From: the human T2T-CHM13v2.0 reference genome, Homo sapiens
Reading direction: 5' to 3' (one strand)
NCBI RefSeq assembly: GCF_009914755.1
Contig: NC_060938.1
Length of the DNA: 64,000 nucleotides
A model generated the notes under the pieces. It ran no database searches, had not been told where the DNA came from, and saw only the letters and a program-made list of their open reading frames with translations. Both the position numbers and the translations under genes were made by a program. Shown in pieces: positions 1-17,797 of the stretch; within the stretch, counting starts at the first letter, position 1, and each line of letters begins with the position of its first letter.

Positions 1-4588
<4,588 letters not shown>

Positions 4589-4589
4589 G

Positions 4590-5300
4590 AGATATATTAA
4601 CCAATCGATGTGTAGACCCTTTTTGGATCCTGATTCAAAATATAAGCTGTAAAAACAAGATTATATATATATATATATATATATATATTTTCTTAGCAAG
4701 ACTAATTCATTAATATATATGTATATATATAAAAACAAAACAATTGAGGAAATATATACATATATTGGACATTTGATAATATAAAGGTATTAATTTTTAT
4801 GGAAGTATAATAATGGTATTGTGGTTGTATTTGAAAAGAGTATACATGGACACAGATGAAAACAATAGACACCAGAGCCTACTTGAGGTGAAGAGTGGGA
4901 GGAGGGTACGGATGGAAAAACTACCTGTTGGTTACTCTGATCATTACCTCGGTGACGAGACAATTTTTTCACCAAACTCCTGTGACACACAATTTACCCA
5001 TGTAACAAACCTGCACATGAACCCCCGAACCTAAAATAAAAGTTGGAAGGAAAAAAAAAAAAAACAAAAAGAAGAGTTCTTATCTTTTAGCAATATGTAC
5101 TGAAATATTATTTAAACAGAATGTTAGGATGCTTAGGATTTGCTTCAAATTAATTTGAGGTTGGGGGAGTGGGTAGGAACAAACAAGATTGGACAACAGT
5201 TAATACCTGTTATTGCTGGGTGTTGGGTACATGGGAGTTCATTATCCTCTTCTTTCTGTTTTTGTATGTTTTAAAATTTCCATAATAAAAAGTTTTAAAA
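4590..5300 (+). mobile_element. Old L1M 3' end (L1MC4/5-like), interrupted by (AT)n and a younger L1 3' fragment
   Basis: 'ttggatcctgattcaaa', 'ataatggtattgtggttg', 'ggatttgcttcaaa' and 'gggtacatgggagttcattat...ttccataataaaaag' are typical L1MC 3'UTR motifs. Confidence 0.7.
4841..5070 (+). mobile_element. Short 5'-truncated L1 3' end (L1PA15/16 or L1PB-like) with poly(A)
   Basis: 'tgtgacacacaatttacccatgtaacaaacctgcacatgaacccccgaacctaaaataaaagtt' followed by an A tail; flanked by an approximate 'aagagt' duplication. Confidence 0.8.
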
Positions 5301-5309
5301 ATGGAATGA

Positions 5310-5460
5310 CTACCATTTATATAAAGATTTTCACAAACCTGTAGTGAAGCATTATTACTCTCTTGGACAAGAAACAGAATCTTAGAGAGGCGATGATTTG
5401 CCCCAGGACATGGAACTAAATTGTCAGAATCAGGAATCCAGTCCGGATCCTCGGACACTA
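5310..5460 (-). mobile_element. MIR remnant
   Basis: Degenerate MIR core 'gaaacagaatcttagagaggcgatgatttgccccaggac'. Confidence 0.5.
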
Positions 5461-8009
5461 TCTTGTCTCTGCTTGTCTATAAACCATGCTGTCTTAAAAA
5501 GCAGGATGGTTCTTTTCTTTGGTTGTTTGGATAACTCTTCCCTGTCCTCTGATCTTCAGTGTGGAAGAGGTCAGAATCCCAAGAAGTTGGTCTGTAATTC
5601 CTGCAATATCACACATTTTACTTTTCAATGAGACCCCCAATATTTCCCTCAGCTTCCATTCAGGATGCACCTCTCTGTTTCTTTTCTTTTGCCATTACAT
5701 GTTAAATTTTCTTGGTTTTATTTGCTTTTAGTTTCTATTTTCTTCTTTTTTCACCTTTCATCCCCTTCTTCTATATTCCCTTTTCTCCCTAGTCTTTGTC
5801 ATCAAGGGACTTTTCAATTGCTGGTTACAGCCCTTCTGTTCTTGTATGTGTTATAGATATTGTTGCTTCTCTCTCATTTTCACCCTAATTGTCATCTCCC
5901 TTTCAAAGAGTCTGATAAACTAAACCAGCAAAGGGAGCTGTCACAAGGCAGCCCTAGGATAGGAGCCCAGACAGCAGCATTCAGAATCTAGAAAAACTTG
6001 TGATTTTTCTACTGAAAAATGATTAAGAGAAACACTGGCACCTTGAACACAGTAGGTACTCTGTTAATATTTACTGATGACATTAATGAAGAGAAAATTA
6101 AATGACATATTCAGAAGAGCTAGTTCTTGCCAAAAATATTTCCTACTCTGTGCCTTTTGAGTTGTGGGACTTAGTTTTCATCCCTGGATGACTTGCTTCC
6201 TATATCTGTGAAGTGAATAGACCAAAGTCCTGTGAGACAATGCCTTGCTCTTTCATGTAGTAAAGGTTAGCCCACCTCTGTAAGTATAGCAGAGAAACAC
6301 TAGATTGGGAGCTTCTTGAGGGCAGGGACTTTGTTGATTCAAGTTTAGATCTCTGTCTTTAGACATCCTGTAATCACAGGATGTTGCAGGATGTTACCTT
6401 TCTTGCATAGATCAAGTGTTACAAAGAGCCTGGCAATTTACACATCTGTGCTACCATGACTTAAGACAAAAGCGCAAATCAGGATTTTTGTTTTTGTTAT
6501 GTTTTATTGTCCTCCCTCCTCCCATCTTTGTCCCTCCATTCTTTCTCCCAGGTACTCCATATCCTTATGTTGTTTTCGTCTCATCAAAGCCCTGACAGAA
6601 ACACAACCACTTCCAAAGACTTGCCATTCCTCAAATGTCCTGCGTTCTAATTGGACTTGCCCCCCTTTGCTCTAACAATCTTATTCCACCTTCATCAAAA
6701 TTATTATTTCTAGGATACTGATTTTAGAGCATCTGTTTTAAGTGATTATTAATAATATATGAATAATAGGTAGGTTTAGTCCAAATTAATCTCTGCCTAG
6801 TGGAATGTGTGAAAAACTGTCCTAAACTCTACAGTAATGAATGCTATTGGAAGAGGTATTAACTAGGCATTCCACTAGAAAATTTGCTGATCCCTCGTCT
6901 GTTTTGTCATACCTCCCTGACTCATGGGGTGTACTGTGAGAACTGTTGCAACTCTGGGGAAGTGTTTTCCTGTCCTGCCACTAGACTTTGTGCCAGGAAA
7001 TAATTTCTAGGCATTGCCTGGTAAAGTTCATCAACTTGCTTTGAAGAAGTCCTGTGAAAGCAATAGAGGGTTTTGTGTTGCTTTTCAACAGTCTCCAACG
7101 GAGGAGATTTTCACAACCTCCTTGGTATGCCAGTGTATAACAAACTATGATCACTAGCATTCCCCCAAGTAATTTAAGAAGAATTAAAAACAAGATAGGC
7201 ACACAAAAGTTTATACATTTAAAAAAAGTTAGATTATTTGACATATTAAACTACCAGTAGATTCCTAGCGTTTCTTGGTAGTAGAAAACTTTTGAAAACA
7301 TGTCCAATAATCTGTATAATAAAGTCAAGACAGTTTTGATCTTGATCTGTAAGAAAGTGTAATAATAACTAAATCATTATTTGAATGCTGACAAGAAAAG
7401 TACTTGCTGTACATTTACTGTTTACTTGTATTGTAGCACCACCTACTGTTGATAAAGAAACAAGCTTTTATAGCTTTCCCATTTTTCTTTGCCTCGCTAG
7501 TTAAAAGAATGTCTTTTTTTTTTTTTGAGATCTGATATTTTTAATGTCACAAATTTTTTTTTTTTTATTATACTTGTCTTGGCTCGTCAGCCAGACATGC
7601 TGCTCGGAGATGTTTCTAAAGTTATGATACAGAGATTGCATTATGTCTGTTTCCAAAATGAAAGATTATGCCTTCAGTTACCTAAAGATCAGAACTGATG
7701 CTTGACATGCATATATGACATATTTTATCGCTTTTCAAATCAGATGTTTATCTTTTTATTTTCTAATAAAATAGGCTGTAGATGTTGGGAAATTACTGAT
7801 TTGCTTTAAGTTCAGTTGCTCTTCCAATGAACAAATATTAAGTGGTAAAACATCAAGTCCTCTGAATATAATTACTAATATAAAATGATGTCATATTAGA
7901 TCCAGGGTTAGCACTTACATACCATCACTCCCTTTCCTCCACCCTCAACAGAATCTTCATCACTAAAAAACCCACAAAACATCAACTAGGCTATTTGATA
8001 TTTAGAGCT

Positions 8010-8148
8010 TTACTACTCAAAGTGTGGTCTGTGGACTGGACGCTTGGGCCACACCTGGGAACTGTTAGAAATGCAGGATTCTTGTCTCCCTGCATTTTAA
8101 CAAGATCCCCAGGTGATTCAGATGCACATTAAGATTTGAGAAGCAATG
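8010..8148. mobile_element. MER5A-like hAT-Charlie MITE with internal deletion
   Basis: 'ctcaaagtgtggtc...cacctgggaactgttagaaatgcag...tgcattttaacaagatccccaggtgattc...tttgagaagc'. Confidence 0.8.
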
Positions 8149-9854
8149 TTTCAGGCATTTCTTGTATCCCACCCTACCCATCCCTGCCAGAAGACTGAAC
8201 AGCAGTCAAACCAAGAGTAAGGTCTTTCATTACAAGTTTGAATTTACAGTATCTTATTCTCATAAAAAGTTAGATGATATTCTCTGACTCATGGCTTATT
8301 GAATGTAAATTGTATCACTGCTGTCGTTAGGGCTCACATCAGCAACTGAACAAAGAAGGCACAGTCCTTTCCCACTGGATCTGTCAGCTTCATCTCTGGG
8401 GAAAGTAATCAGGGAGCCATTTAAAGCAGCTGAGAGGAAAACTGCCAGCTCTGAAATTTTAGGGCATGCAAATGCCAACAAAATATTTAAGTTCGGTATG
8501 ATAGAATCATAGTTTGAACAGACAATAGAGGTAGGCTTAAATAATTCCTGACAATTGAAGTAGAAAGCAATACTTAGAGCTAGAATTATGAATAAATTGG
8601 AAAATTTAAAGCTTGATTTTTCTTAAGTCTAAATTTTCTTTTACCCATCTCTTTCTTCTATTTAAAAATCTAGTTAGTTTACTACAAGAGCAGTAACAGC
8701 CATTTGATTTTTGGTTAATGTTGAATTAGTTCATAAGTTTAACAAATGAATGTCATTCACAAATTTAGTTAATTTTCCTAAGACCTTTAATCCATCTAAT
8801 AATCTCAAATACTTTAGATACATGAGGATAGACTTAGAAACCTAACTAGGCCAAATCTTTCAGTGAACTTAGGCCAGTTTTGAAAATGTAATAAACCAAA
8901 TTTATAACTATGATAAACTAGGTTCTTTCATATTACAAAATTAATCAAATTCTTACCTTTATTAAAATCATGGCCGATATCCATTCAACATTTCAAATTA
9001 AAACTTCAAGGCAGTTTTGTATTTTGGATTCTTTAAAAACGTTTCAATAATTTTAAATAATAAACACCAAGATTGTCTCCATAATCATAAAATGTACTGC
9101 CAAAGTTAGCACTAAGTACCATGGGTTAGGCTTATGTCATTATCTCTGTATTTCTACATTTTCCTAGTGTTTCATAGTCACACAGCTAAAGATAGTAGAA
9201 GTCATCTGATCCATGACCAGTTCTGTAATGCGTTTATGGACGGTGGTAGTAATAAGAAATTGTGGACCAAAAGCAAGATCATAGTGCTACTTCCTAAACT
9301 GTGAATTAGCAGGCTGAACCTTTTAATAGTTTAAGTCTTTCTTGTCAGTGGGGGAATCCAAGTCCATGGCGAGAGCTGAGACTTAGTTTCATAGGCCATT
9401 GTCTTTTCTCCTAAGTGTATTATACATTTACTCAATTTTCATTGTAAACCCTTTCAACATTCTCTCACCCAATTTGGGTAGGTGGAATCCTGTACCCCCC
9501 ACCAGGGCTATAGCTAATATCTTCATTGCACAGTTATTGTTCATTGAGACATGTACCTCCATCCATGGTATAAACTGTTTTTATTATCTGTCTCACCTCC
9601 ATTTTAACAGTAATTCTGTTGACATTGCTTCTAGACTGGAGTTTGGCTAATAAGACACTGGACACTGTGTTATCTGTGCTAAGGAAGCACAGATAACGCA
9701 GCGTGTTAAGCATTCTGGGTCAGGATTTTTGTGCTGGCACAATTGTGAGTAAACCAAGAAAAATAGTCCCTATGAGATTTCTTTCAGACTTCAGCACACA
9801 GAAACCTAGTGGATTGTTCCTTAAGATAAAAGAGAGGTTTGAGAATTTACTTTT

Positions 9855-10266
9855 TGTCATAGTTTGGGTTCCCAGGAATCGGATTCTGAGGCTCTGAGAT
9901 CTACATGCTGGAGGTTTATTGGGGTGAGTTCTTGGGAAAAGCACCTCTGAGAGGTGAGGGAAGTAAATCAACCAGAGAGAGGAGTTGAACTGCAGCTGTG
10001 ACAGAGATGGCAGTATTCCTACCCAGAACTCTAAAGTGGCTCCCCTTTTCCCCCAGGCTTTATACCTCCTCCCATTTAGCAGACATGGGATGTGGAAAGC
10101 TCCCAGGGAAGGGCATGACCTTGGGTGAGGCAGCTGAGGGCAAGTCCCAGGGAGGGTCTCAGCTGAGAGCAATAAGCAGTCAACACTGCTTAGCAGGTGG
10201 GGTAAATAAGTGTCTTGATCATAAGGTGGGGTAGGAGGAGGGCAAGTATAAATGCTGTCCACCGCA
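9855..10266 (-). mobile_element. LTR16-family (ERVL) solo LTR
   Basis: 'tgtcatagtttgggttccc...tctgag...ggaggtttattgggg...gagttgaactgc...gggcatgaccttgggtgaggcagct' matches the reverse complement of LTR16. Confidence 0.65.
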
Positions 10267-11543
10267 TTCAATAGAAGTGTTTTCTCTATTATTACTAAAG
10301 AATGGCTTGACCCAGAAAAGATCATGGTCTTTAGCCACAGAACTTAATTCTAGGAGAGGCGATATTACAGCAGACTGATCCCTGTAATGCAAATGGCAAT
10401 GCCCCTCTTTGCTGAGAGGCATTGTGGAGAATGCATGAAAACATGGCAGTGATGTTGGCAGGGAGATGGCAACGAGGTTCTCTGCACCAACTGTCTCCTG
10501 CAGCTGGGAAAAGACACACAGCCTGGCTGCCAACTGTTGGGCTCATTGTGCTCTGGCTGAATTTAGTTCCCTCTTATGTCAGCTTGCAATTCTATGTTGA
10601 AGAAAATCGGTCTGGTCTGCCACCATCACCATCTCTTAGCAACTAAGAGAGATTGAAACAACAGCTGGGTAATTTGATATTGGGAACTTAAAGGTCGTGA
10701 AAATAGAATATAATGGCTGTTTGTATTAAAGGAAAAAAAAAGAGAAAATGATGTAATCCTAATGCTTAGAAATGTTTGGAATGCCACATGGGTTACAAAG
10801 AGTGAAAATCTAGTTTAAACTGGTTGGATTCTTTCTCTCTCAGAATGATTAAAGTTGAGCCCAGAAGCTCACCCAAACACACATATTTGCCTAAATATAA
10901 ATCCCTGTGGAATGTTGGAGCTATAATGTGAAAAACAGTTTCTGTGTTTTTGTATTTTCTCTAAGACTGACCTACAGCTTTCTTATCACAAGTTTTGAAG
11001 CAATACTTATAACATAGATGATAATTTAGAGTTATTTTTTACTTTGCTTTTTGTGGGCAATGGGGATGGGGACTGCAGTGAAGATGGGAGAGAATGAGGT
11101 GTGGCCCTCAGACATAGTGCTGTGCAGGAAGCCTACTACTTCAGAGGCTGCCCACAGCCTCACATACAACGGGTAATAACAGAATTACATGTTTGAAAAC
11201 TAGAAAATGAGAAGTAGAAGCCAGATGAAATTGTTAAAACAAGTTTTTCTTTTTTCCCTAGGGCCAGTGAGGAGACCATCTGTTTTTCAAATTAGAAAAG
11301 CCAGAAAATATAATGTTTGCTCTCAGAATGAGTCAAATGTCATACTCTAATGAAAATTCCAAAGCAGAAAGAGAGAAAGGAAGAAGAGCTTGAAATGCCA
11401 AATTAGTGGGGTGAGGTGCTTGCTGCTTGCATTCCTGCAGATCCAAGCATTTTGCAACTCTAGTAAACCTGCCAGGACAAGGTTCATTTGAAGGGGTGTG
11501 GATTACCGGGAGGTGCGGGGGTACTGACATTCTAGTGCTTTAG

Positions 11544-12057
<514 letters not shown>

Positions 12058-12242
12058 TAAGAGAATTTAATTCTTTCCACATGAAGCGATTCTACTTCCT
12101 CAACACGTGTTTCGTTTTGTGACACAACAACTTGGAGGAGGTGAAATTCATTAACAAGGAATAAATATCTTCTCTTTATGGAGCCACTTCCTTAACCCCT
12201 CAAATCTTCCTAGACCACTTCCATCTTCCATCCAACGTAGAA

Positions 12243-12315
12243 TAAGTGAACCATATGAAATTGCTGTTTTTGTGGGTCAAAGGCAATTGAATGGTAGTCT
12301 CACATGGTTCAACAT
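12243..12315. mobile_element. MADE2-like mariner MITE (degenerate)
   Basis: Terminal inverted repeats 'tgaaccatatgaaattgc' / 'tcacatggttcaa'; similar to the copy at 33508 in the opposite orientation. Confidence 0.75.
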
Positions 12316-12964
12316 CTGTATACAAGCAAGTTCTCTGATGAAAAAGCTGAGTGACTGCGAGTACCATCCTTAGAATTCTTTAGGAGAGAAGAAAGATTTC
12401 AAGGTAAACAATCTGACAAACTTATTTGTAATCAAACTAAATTCCAGGTGGGGCTGGCTTATAGTTCACACACATTAAAGAAATAGGGATTGAATCTTGC
12501 AGGAAACTAGCACTTTTCCCCAAGGGGGATGAGGATTTAAGTTTCCTTCATGGAATATGTTTCCAGTTCATTTGGTCCTGCATTTATTTTAGAAATTGTT
12601 TGATATTTGCACTTCACTCATTTTCCAAAATTTGTTCTGATTCCAGATTTCTCTGTTAAATTTCTATAAATTTGTTTATTTGCTATTTGCTTTGGAGAAT
12701 AGGAATTATTTGAATTTCTTGGCAAAAGGGATGAAAATTCTAACCCACCATTCATTTGGGAGAGGTGTACATATGTTCACTTCCACAGCTGTAGCACATT
12801 TGTTCTCAGTTTTGTACTTTTGAGACACAGGAAGTATATTTCTTTAAATGTTCTCTCTGGAAATACATACGTAGAGCTACAGCCTGATGAACATTCCTTA
12901 TACAAAGGAATGTACATCTCAGTGTAGTACTCGTCTATAATTTACTTTCAATGGTTTATGGATG

Positions 12965-13200
12965 TATAATAATCACAGTGAACCTTTGTTCAGCGCTTAC
13001 TATATGTCAGATACTTTGCATGCACTATCATGTTTTGTCCTTATCCTGTGATGTGGGTCCTAGTCCTGACACACAACACAGGAAACTGAGGCACAGAGGT
13101 TAAGCTTCTCTTCCAAAGACCCACAGTTGTTATTATAATAATAATGCTAAGGCTGATGTTCAGGGCATCTCTAAAGCCTTCTGCTCTCTTATTTACAACA
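12965..13200 (-). mobile_element. MIR
   Basis: 'agcgcttactatatgtcagatact...ggaaactgaggcacagaggttaag'. Confidence 0.7.
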
Positions 13201-13523
13201 CCATTCTACCTTCACATTGGCTACAGCTGATTCAGGCATCCCCTCCATTAATCCTTTTTAGTGAATGTTAGTTTTTGTTGTGGGTTCTTATTTTAAAGGT
13301 GATATTTTGGGCAAGATGTCTTGAAGGACTGATGGCAGGTGCATATTGACAATTCTATGCAGAGCAAAGCTTCCAAAAAGGCATGCTATGAATTCTGTCA
13401 ATGTGGAAGATCGAGCAAAACCAGCTTCTCTTTGCAGCACTGGCATGCAACCAACCTGCTCACCTGCATCCTTACATCTTAATCTGATGAGCAGAGTCTG
13501 CAGACAGAAATCATTTTCAGCTC

Positions 13524-13827
13524 TTTTTTTTTTTTTTTTTTGAGACGGAGTCTCGCTGTGTCACCCAGGCTGGAGTGCAGTGGCTTATCTCTGCTCACTG
13601 CAAGCTCCGTCTCCTGGGTTCATGCCATTCTCCTGCCACAGCCTCCCAAGTAGCTGGGACTACAGGCGCCCGCCACCACGCCCGGCTAATTTTTTTGTAT
13701 TTTTTTTTTAGTAGAGAAGGGGTTTCACCATGTTAGCCAGGATGGTCTCGATCTCCTGACCTCATGATCCGCCCGCCTCGGCCTCCCAAAGTGCTGGGAT
13801 TACAGGCATGAGCCACTGCGCCTGGCC
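13524..13827 (-). mobile_element. AluY, full length
   Basis: AluY diagnostics 'gcaagctccg', 'ttcatgccattc' and 'ttagccaggatggtctcgatctcctgacctc'; TSD TTCAGCTCTTTT at 13516 and 13828. Confidence 0.95.
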
Positions 13828-14528
13828 TTCAGCTCTTTTAACTACTCATAAAAATGTTTTAAGTACATTTTTAACTAGCAGTACTTGTATAATATTATAA
13901 TTATTATCTATTTGGTACCTTTAAATTTTCATGTTTATATGCAGAAATAAACAATATATTGTTCTTAAACATATTTTTGTGATATATTTTCTAGGACCTT
14001 ATATTTATCAATTCAACAAATATTTAATGCCTACCATATGTCAAACTATTCTTGGCATAGCAGTAAACACAAGTGACAAAAATTCTGACCTCATGCTCTT
14101 AAAGTTTTTATAATGATTAGTTTTAAAAATCTTTATCCATAGAAGGCTAGGCAAGGAGGATGGATCTATATAGAAGCACTTCCTTACTGAGTTGAGAGGC
14201 TTGGGGAGAAATGCATAGTGCCTCCTTATTTGGAAGCCCCCAAAGTCATCTCAGACCCTACTTGGACATAAGTAAACAGCGAAGTAGGATCTGGAAGAGG
14301 TTTAAGTTGAACTTTCCTTGTGTGCATTATCCTCAAAGATATATTGCAATAAGATTTTTGTATAGAATGCAAGTCTCCTACTGGATTTTAGCCCTGTTTC
14401 CCATCGAATTTTATCTAGTCATATTTGACTTGTGTCAGATAAAGATTAAAACCTTCAGACACCGGGCCGCAAGTTGAAGATCTTTCTGAATCACAGTGCT
14501 AAAATAATAGGGAGGGATTTTCCGTAAG

Positions 14529-15297
14529 TGTTACCAAACTAAACTGGGATCCCCTTGCCTGGTGTAGCAAAGCCAAATACTGACATAGGGATTGCTGCAA
14601 GAGAAAGTGAAGCATTTATAGCAGGATGCCAAGCAAGGAGAATCAGCAGCTCACACTTAAGACCCAGCCTCCACAGTGGCTTACAAGTAAGGCCTTTTAA
14701 AGGTGAGGAGGCAGAGGTTATAGGCAAAGTCATCAATCAATACACAGAGGTTATACATTGGTTTGGCCTAAAGAGGTGGGATATCTTAAAGCGGGGTCTT
14801 ACAAGTCATAGATAGATTCAAAAGTTTCCTGATTTGCAATTGGTTAAGGAGATGAAGCTTTATCTAAAAATTTGTGATCAGCAGAAAAGAAAGTTAGCTC
14901 TGGCTCATGGGTATGACCTCTTCCAGGCTCCTCAGGAAGAAATTTAGAACAAAGAACAGCAGTCAGAGTTCAGTCCTCAGTTCCCTTTTATCTGAGGTCT
15001 ACATGCCAGTGGATCCATTTGGAAGGGGTCTGGGTTTCTGAAAAACAACTCACATTAAGATGTTATCTTTAATTTCTACAGGGAACATCTCATGACCCTA
15101 ACTTCCTTGGCTATTGTTTTAAGCTACTGCTACCTTCTTGCTTACCAAGTTGCTCATTTACTTCTCAGGGCTAGCTAGGTGCCTGGAATTTCCATTGAAG
15201 GAGCTCCAGATCTTCCTTTATTTCCATGCCTGGCGGTGTTGAAGGGGTGTGGGAGAGAGGATAGCAGGCCCTTAAGAGGGGTCCTGGGTCCATCTTA
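14529..15297 (-). mobile_element. MER39-like ERV1 solo LTR
   Basis: Reverse complement reads 'gacccctcttaagggcctg...catggaaataaagg...aaattccaggcacctagctagccctgagaagtaaatgagcaac' and ends 'ggtaaca'. Confidence 0.8.
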
Positions 15298-15589
15298 TAC
15301 ATAGAAGCAACTGAAGAGGAAAGCTGAGATTGGGGTTCGCAGTTCTCCCAAGCAGTGGCTGAGGCTGGCAGGTTGGAGCTCAACTCTTAGGCAACTTGGC
15401 TGTTATATGTATGTGAATGTCTGTCCTAACAAATGAATTTAGTGCTGCAATTTCAAGACGGTGTTGTATCACCGACTTGCAAAAATGCCTTCTGGCATAT
15501 TTATTACTTTGGTTCCAAAAATCATATTTAGCCAGATCTTTTCAGTAATGAAGCATTTTTCTTTATAGCAATCTTGCTACAGCTGAGAG

Positions 15590-15830
15590 GCAATTTAGAA
15601 TGGAGGTTAAGAGAGTTGATTCTTGGGGCCCAACTGTCTGGGTTCAGATTCCAGCTCCATTTCTTACAGGGTTACATAAAGCAGCTCACTGTGCCTCATT
15701 TTCTTCTTCTGTAAAATGATGGTCATGATAATAGCATCTACCTCATGGAGGTGCAATGAGCCTTAAGTTAGATAGTATTTGTGAAATTGCTTAAAATGAT
15801 GCCTGGCCATAGTGAGCACTTTATAAATAT
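15590..15830 (+). mobile_element. MIR
   Basis: 'ggttaagagag...ctgggttcagattccagctcc...ctgtgcctcattttcttcttctgtaaaatg...gcctggc...tagtgagcact'. Confidence 0.8.
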
Positions 15831-16916
15831 AGCTAGAATGATGAGAGAGTCTTAGATTCTCCTGTCAACAGGCATTGCATGGCTGGGGTTGAGCCTCCCT
15901 AGTGAATCTTTCACATAGCTTGACAGACATAGTGGGCATCAGCCCTAAATGCCAAAAGCAAACTTGAAGATTCAGAGCAAAGGCATGTGCTGAGCATTTG
16001 CCTTGTATGGAGTTTTGGGTGCTCTTATTCAGTGATTAAGAGCCAACATTAGTGAATGTTGTTGCCAAGAAGTCACACACACACACACGTACGTGTGCCC
16101 ACAAGCCAAGTCCCTGTGTGATTGCCATCAGATGTGTCAGGAAGACATCATGCCCAGATCTGTGAAACTATGGAATAGATGTCAGGGAAATGCGGGTCCA
16201 TCTGCTAAACAGATGACTGAATGATTAAGTGAATAGTGAAAAGGAGAATTCCAAGCTCCAACTGGAGTCAAGATGTGAAGCAGCAGCAGTAACACTAACA
16301 GCCTGTGGGTGACAAGGATCAAAGATGGGCTAAATGTCTTCCGAGGGAAAACCAAATGTGGTAAAAGACACATCAGAGGAGACCTCTACCATAAAAAAAA
16401 CAAAAATTTAATTCGATGCCAGAAAGAGATAATCAGCAAGGAGAAAACTAGATTTAGCCTGAAATATAGGTCTGCTCAAGGCTCGTCAGGGGAAAGAAGG
16501 TGAACATTCAGGTTGATTTTATAGAGAGCTCCTAGAACACATAAACTACATTGTGATGACTAAATATAAAGAAAGATGATTATCACTCTTTTAGGCAGGA
16601 AATGGGGATGGATAGAGACTGGCTGTGCAGATGGAGGAAGAGAAAATGGTTAGTGTGAGATAGGAAATGGAAGAGAAGCATAAACAGGATCCCTTGGTAT
16701 AATGGCCAAGAATTCCTGATTTCTACTGTGTCCCCCCTTTGACTCAGAATAAAATTAGTATCCACAAAGAAAGAGATAGTCTTAAATTAGAGGGAGCTGA
16801 AGAAAATATTTTGGGGGGAGAGGAGATGAGAATTTGACATGTTAAAGGACTCCTAGGAATATAGGGAGAATGCTTTCTGAAAAGGAATTCCATTGACTCA
16901 GGGTTTAGACTTAGGA

Positions 16917-17231
16917 ACATGTGACTTATACCAAGTAGACATCGACTCACTTTGATATTTTCAGTATTATATACAATTGCTTTTAAAAATTACTTCTATT
17001 GTTTTCCTTGATTACATGACTGATACATATTCTTATAAAAATGAGGAGAAAATAAAAATAATCAGTGGACCACATATGACTTACACCAAGTAAACATCGA
17101 CTCCTCACTTTGATTGATTTTCAGTGTTGTATACAATTGCTTTTAAAAATTACTTCTACTGTTTTCTTGATTGTGTGATTAATACATATTCTTATAAAAA
17201 TGAGAAGAAAATAAAAAATAATCAGTGGACC
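16917..17231. repeat. Two-copy tandem duplication, ~155-160 bp unit
   Basis: Copy 1 is 16917-17071 and copy 2 is 17072-17231; both start 'acat(g/a)tgactta' and end 'taatcagtggacc'. Confidence 0.95.
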
Positions 17232-17459
17232 ACTAGAGATATCCACTATTACCATTTTTGATATATTTACTTTTTCTAATTATTTACATGTAATAAAAAA
17301 TTGGACTCAGATTCTATAACAATTTTATACATTGTTTCTTTAACTTAATATTATTTCCTGAATAGTTTTTTGTGTGTCATATAGATGGGCCTATATATTT
17401 ATTTTTCTCACAACTTTTATGCTCAGAAAATCTCTACTAAATTAATTACTAAGGGGTTT

Positions 17460-17797
17460 TGCTATGGTATGAATGTTTGTGTCCCCCTACAAATTTATAT
17501 GTTGAAATCCTAACCTCCAAGGAGATATATTAGAAGGTGGGGCCTTTGGGAGGTAGTCACATCATGAGGGTGGAGCCCTTATAAGGCCTGAGAGAGACCC
17601 CTTGCCTTTCTGTCACATGAGGACACAAGAAGACACTATCTGTGAATCAGAAAGAGGACCCTTGCCACACACTGAATCTACTGGCACCTTGATCTGGGAC
17701 TTCCCAGCCTCCAGAACTGTGACAAATACATTTGTATTGTTTATAATCTACCCAGTTTATGGTATTTTATTATAGTTGTCCAGATGGGCTAAGGCAG
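17460..17797 (+). mobile_element. MLT1A/MST-type MaLR solo LTR
   Basis: 'tgctatggtatgaatgtttgtgtcccc...ggcaccttgatctgggacttcccagcctccagaactgtga...ctaaggca'. Confidence 0.85.

Noticed and set aside
6520-6557. Possible recursive splice site (pyrimidine tract, CAG|GTACTC); similar at ~48714
   Set aside because: The reconstituted donor is weak at the first site, and an upstream AG interrupts the second; cannot be supported without RNA data.
9720-10325. 201-aa - strand ORF
   Set aside because: It overlaps the LTR16-like element, has no recognisable domain and no exon structure; likely a chance ORF.
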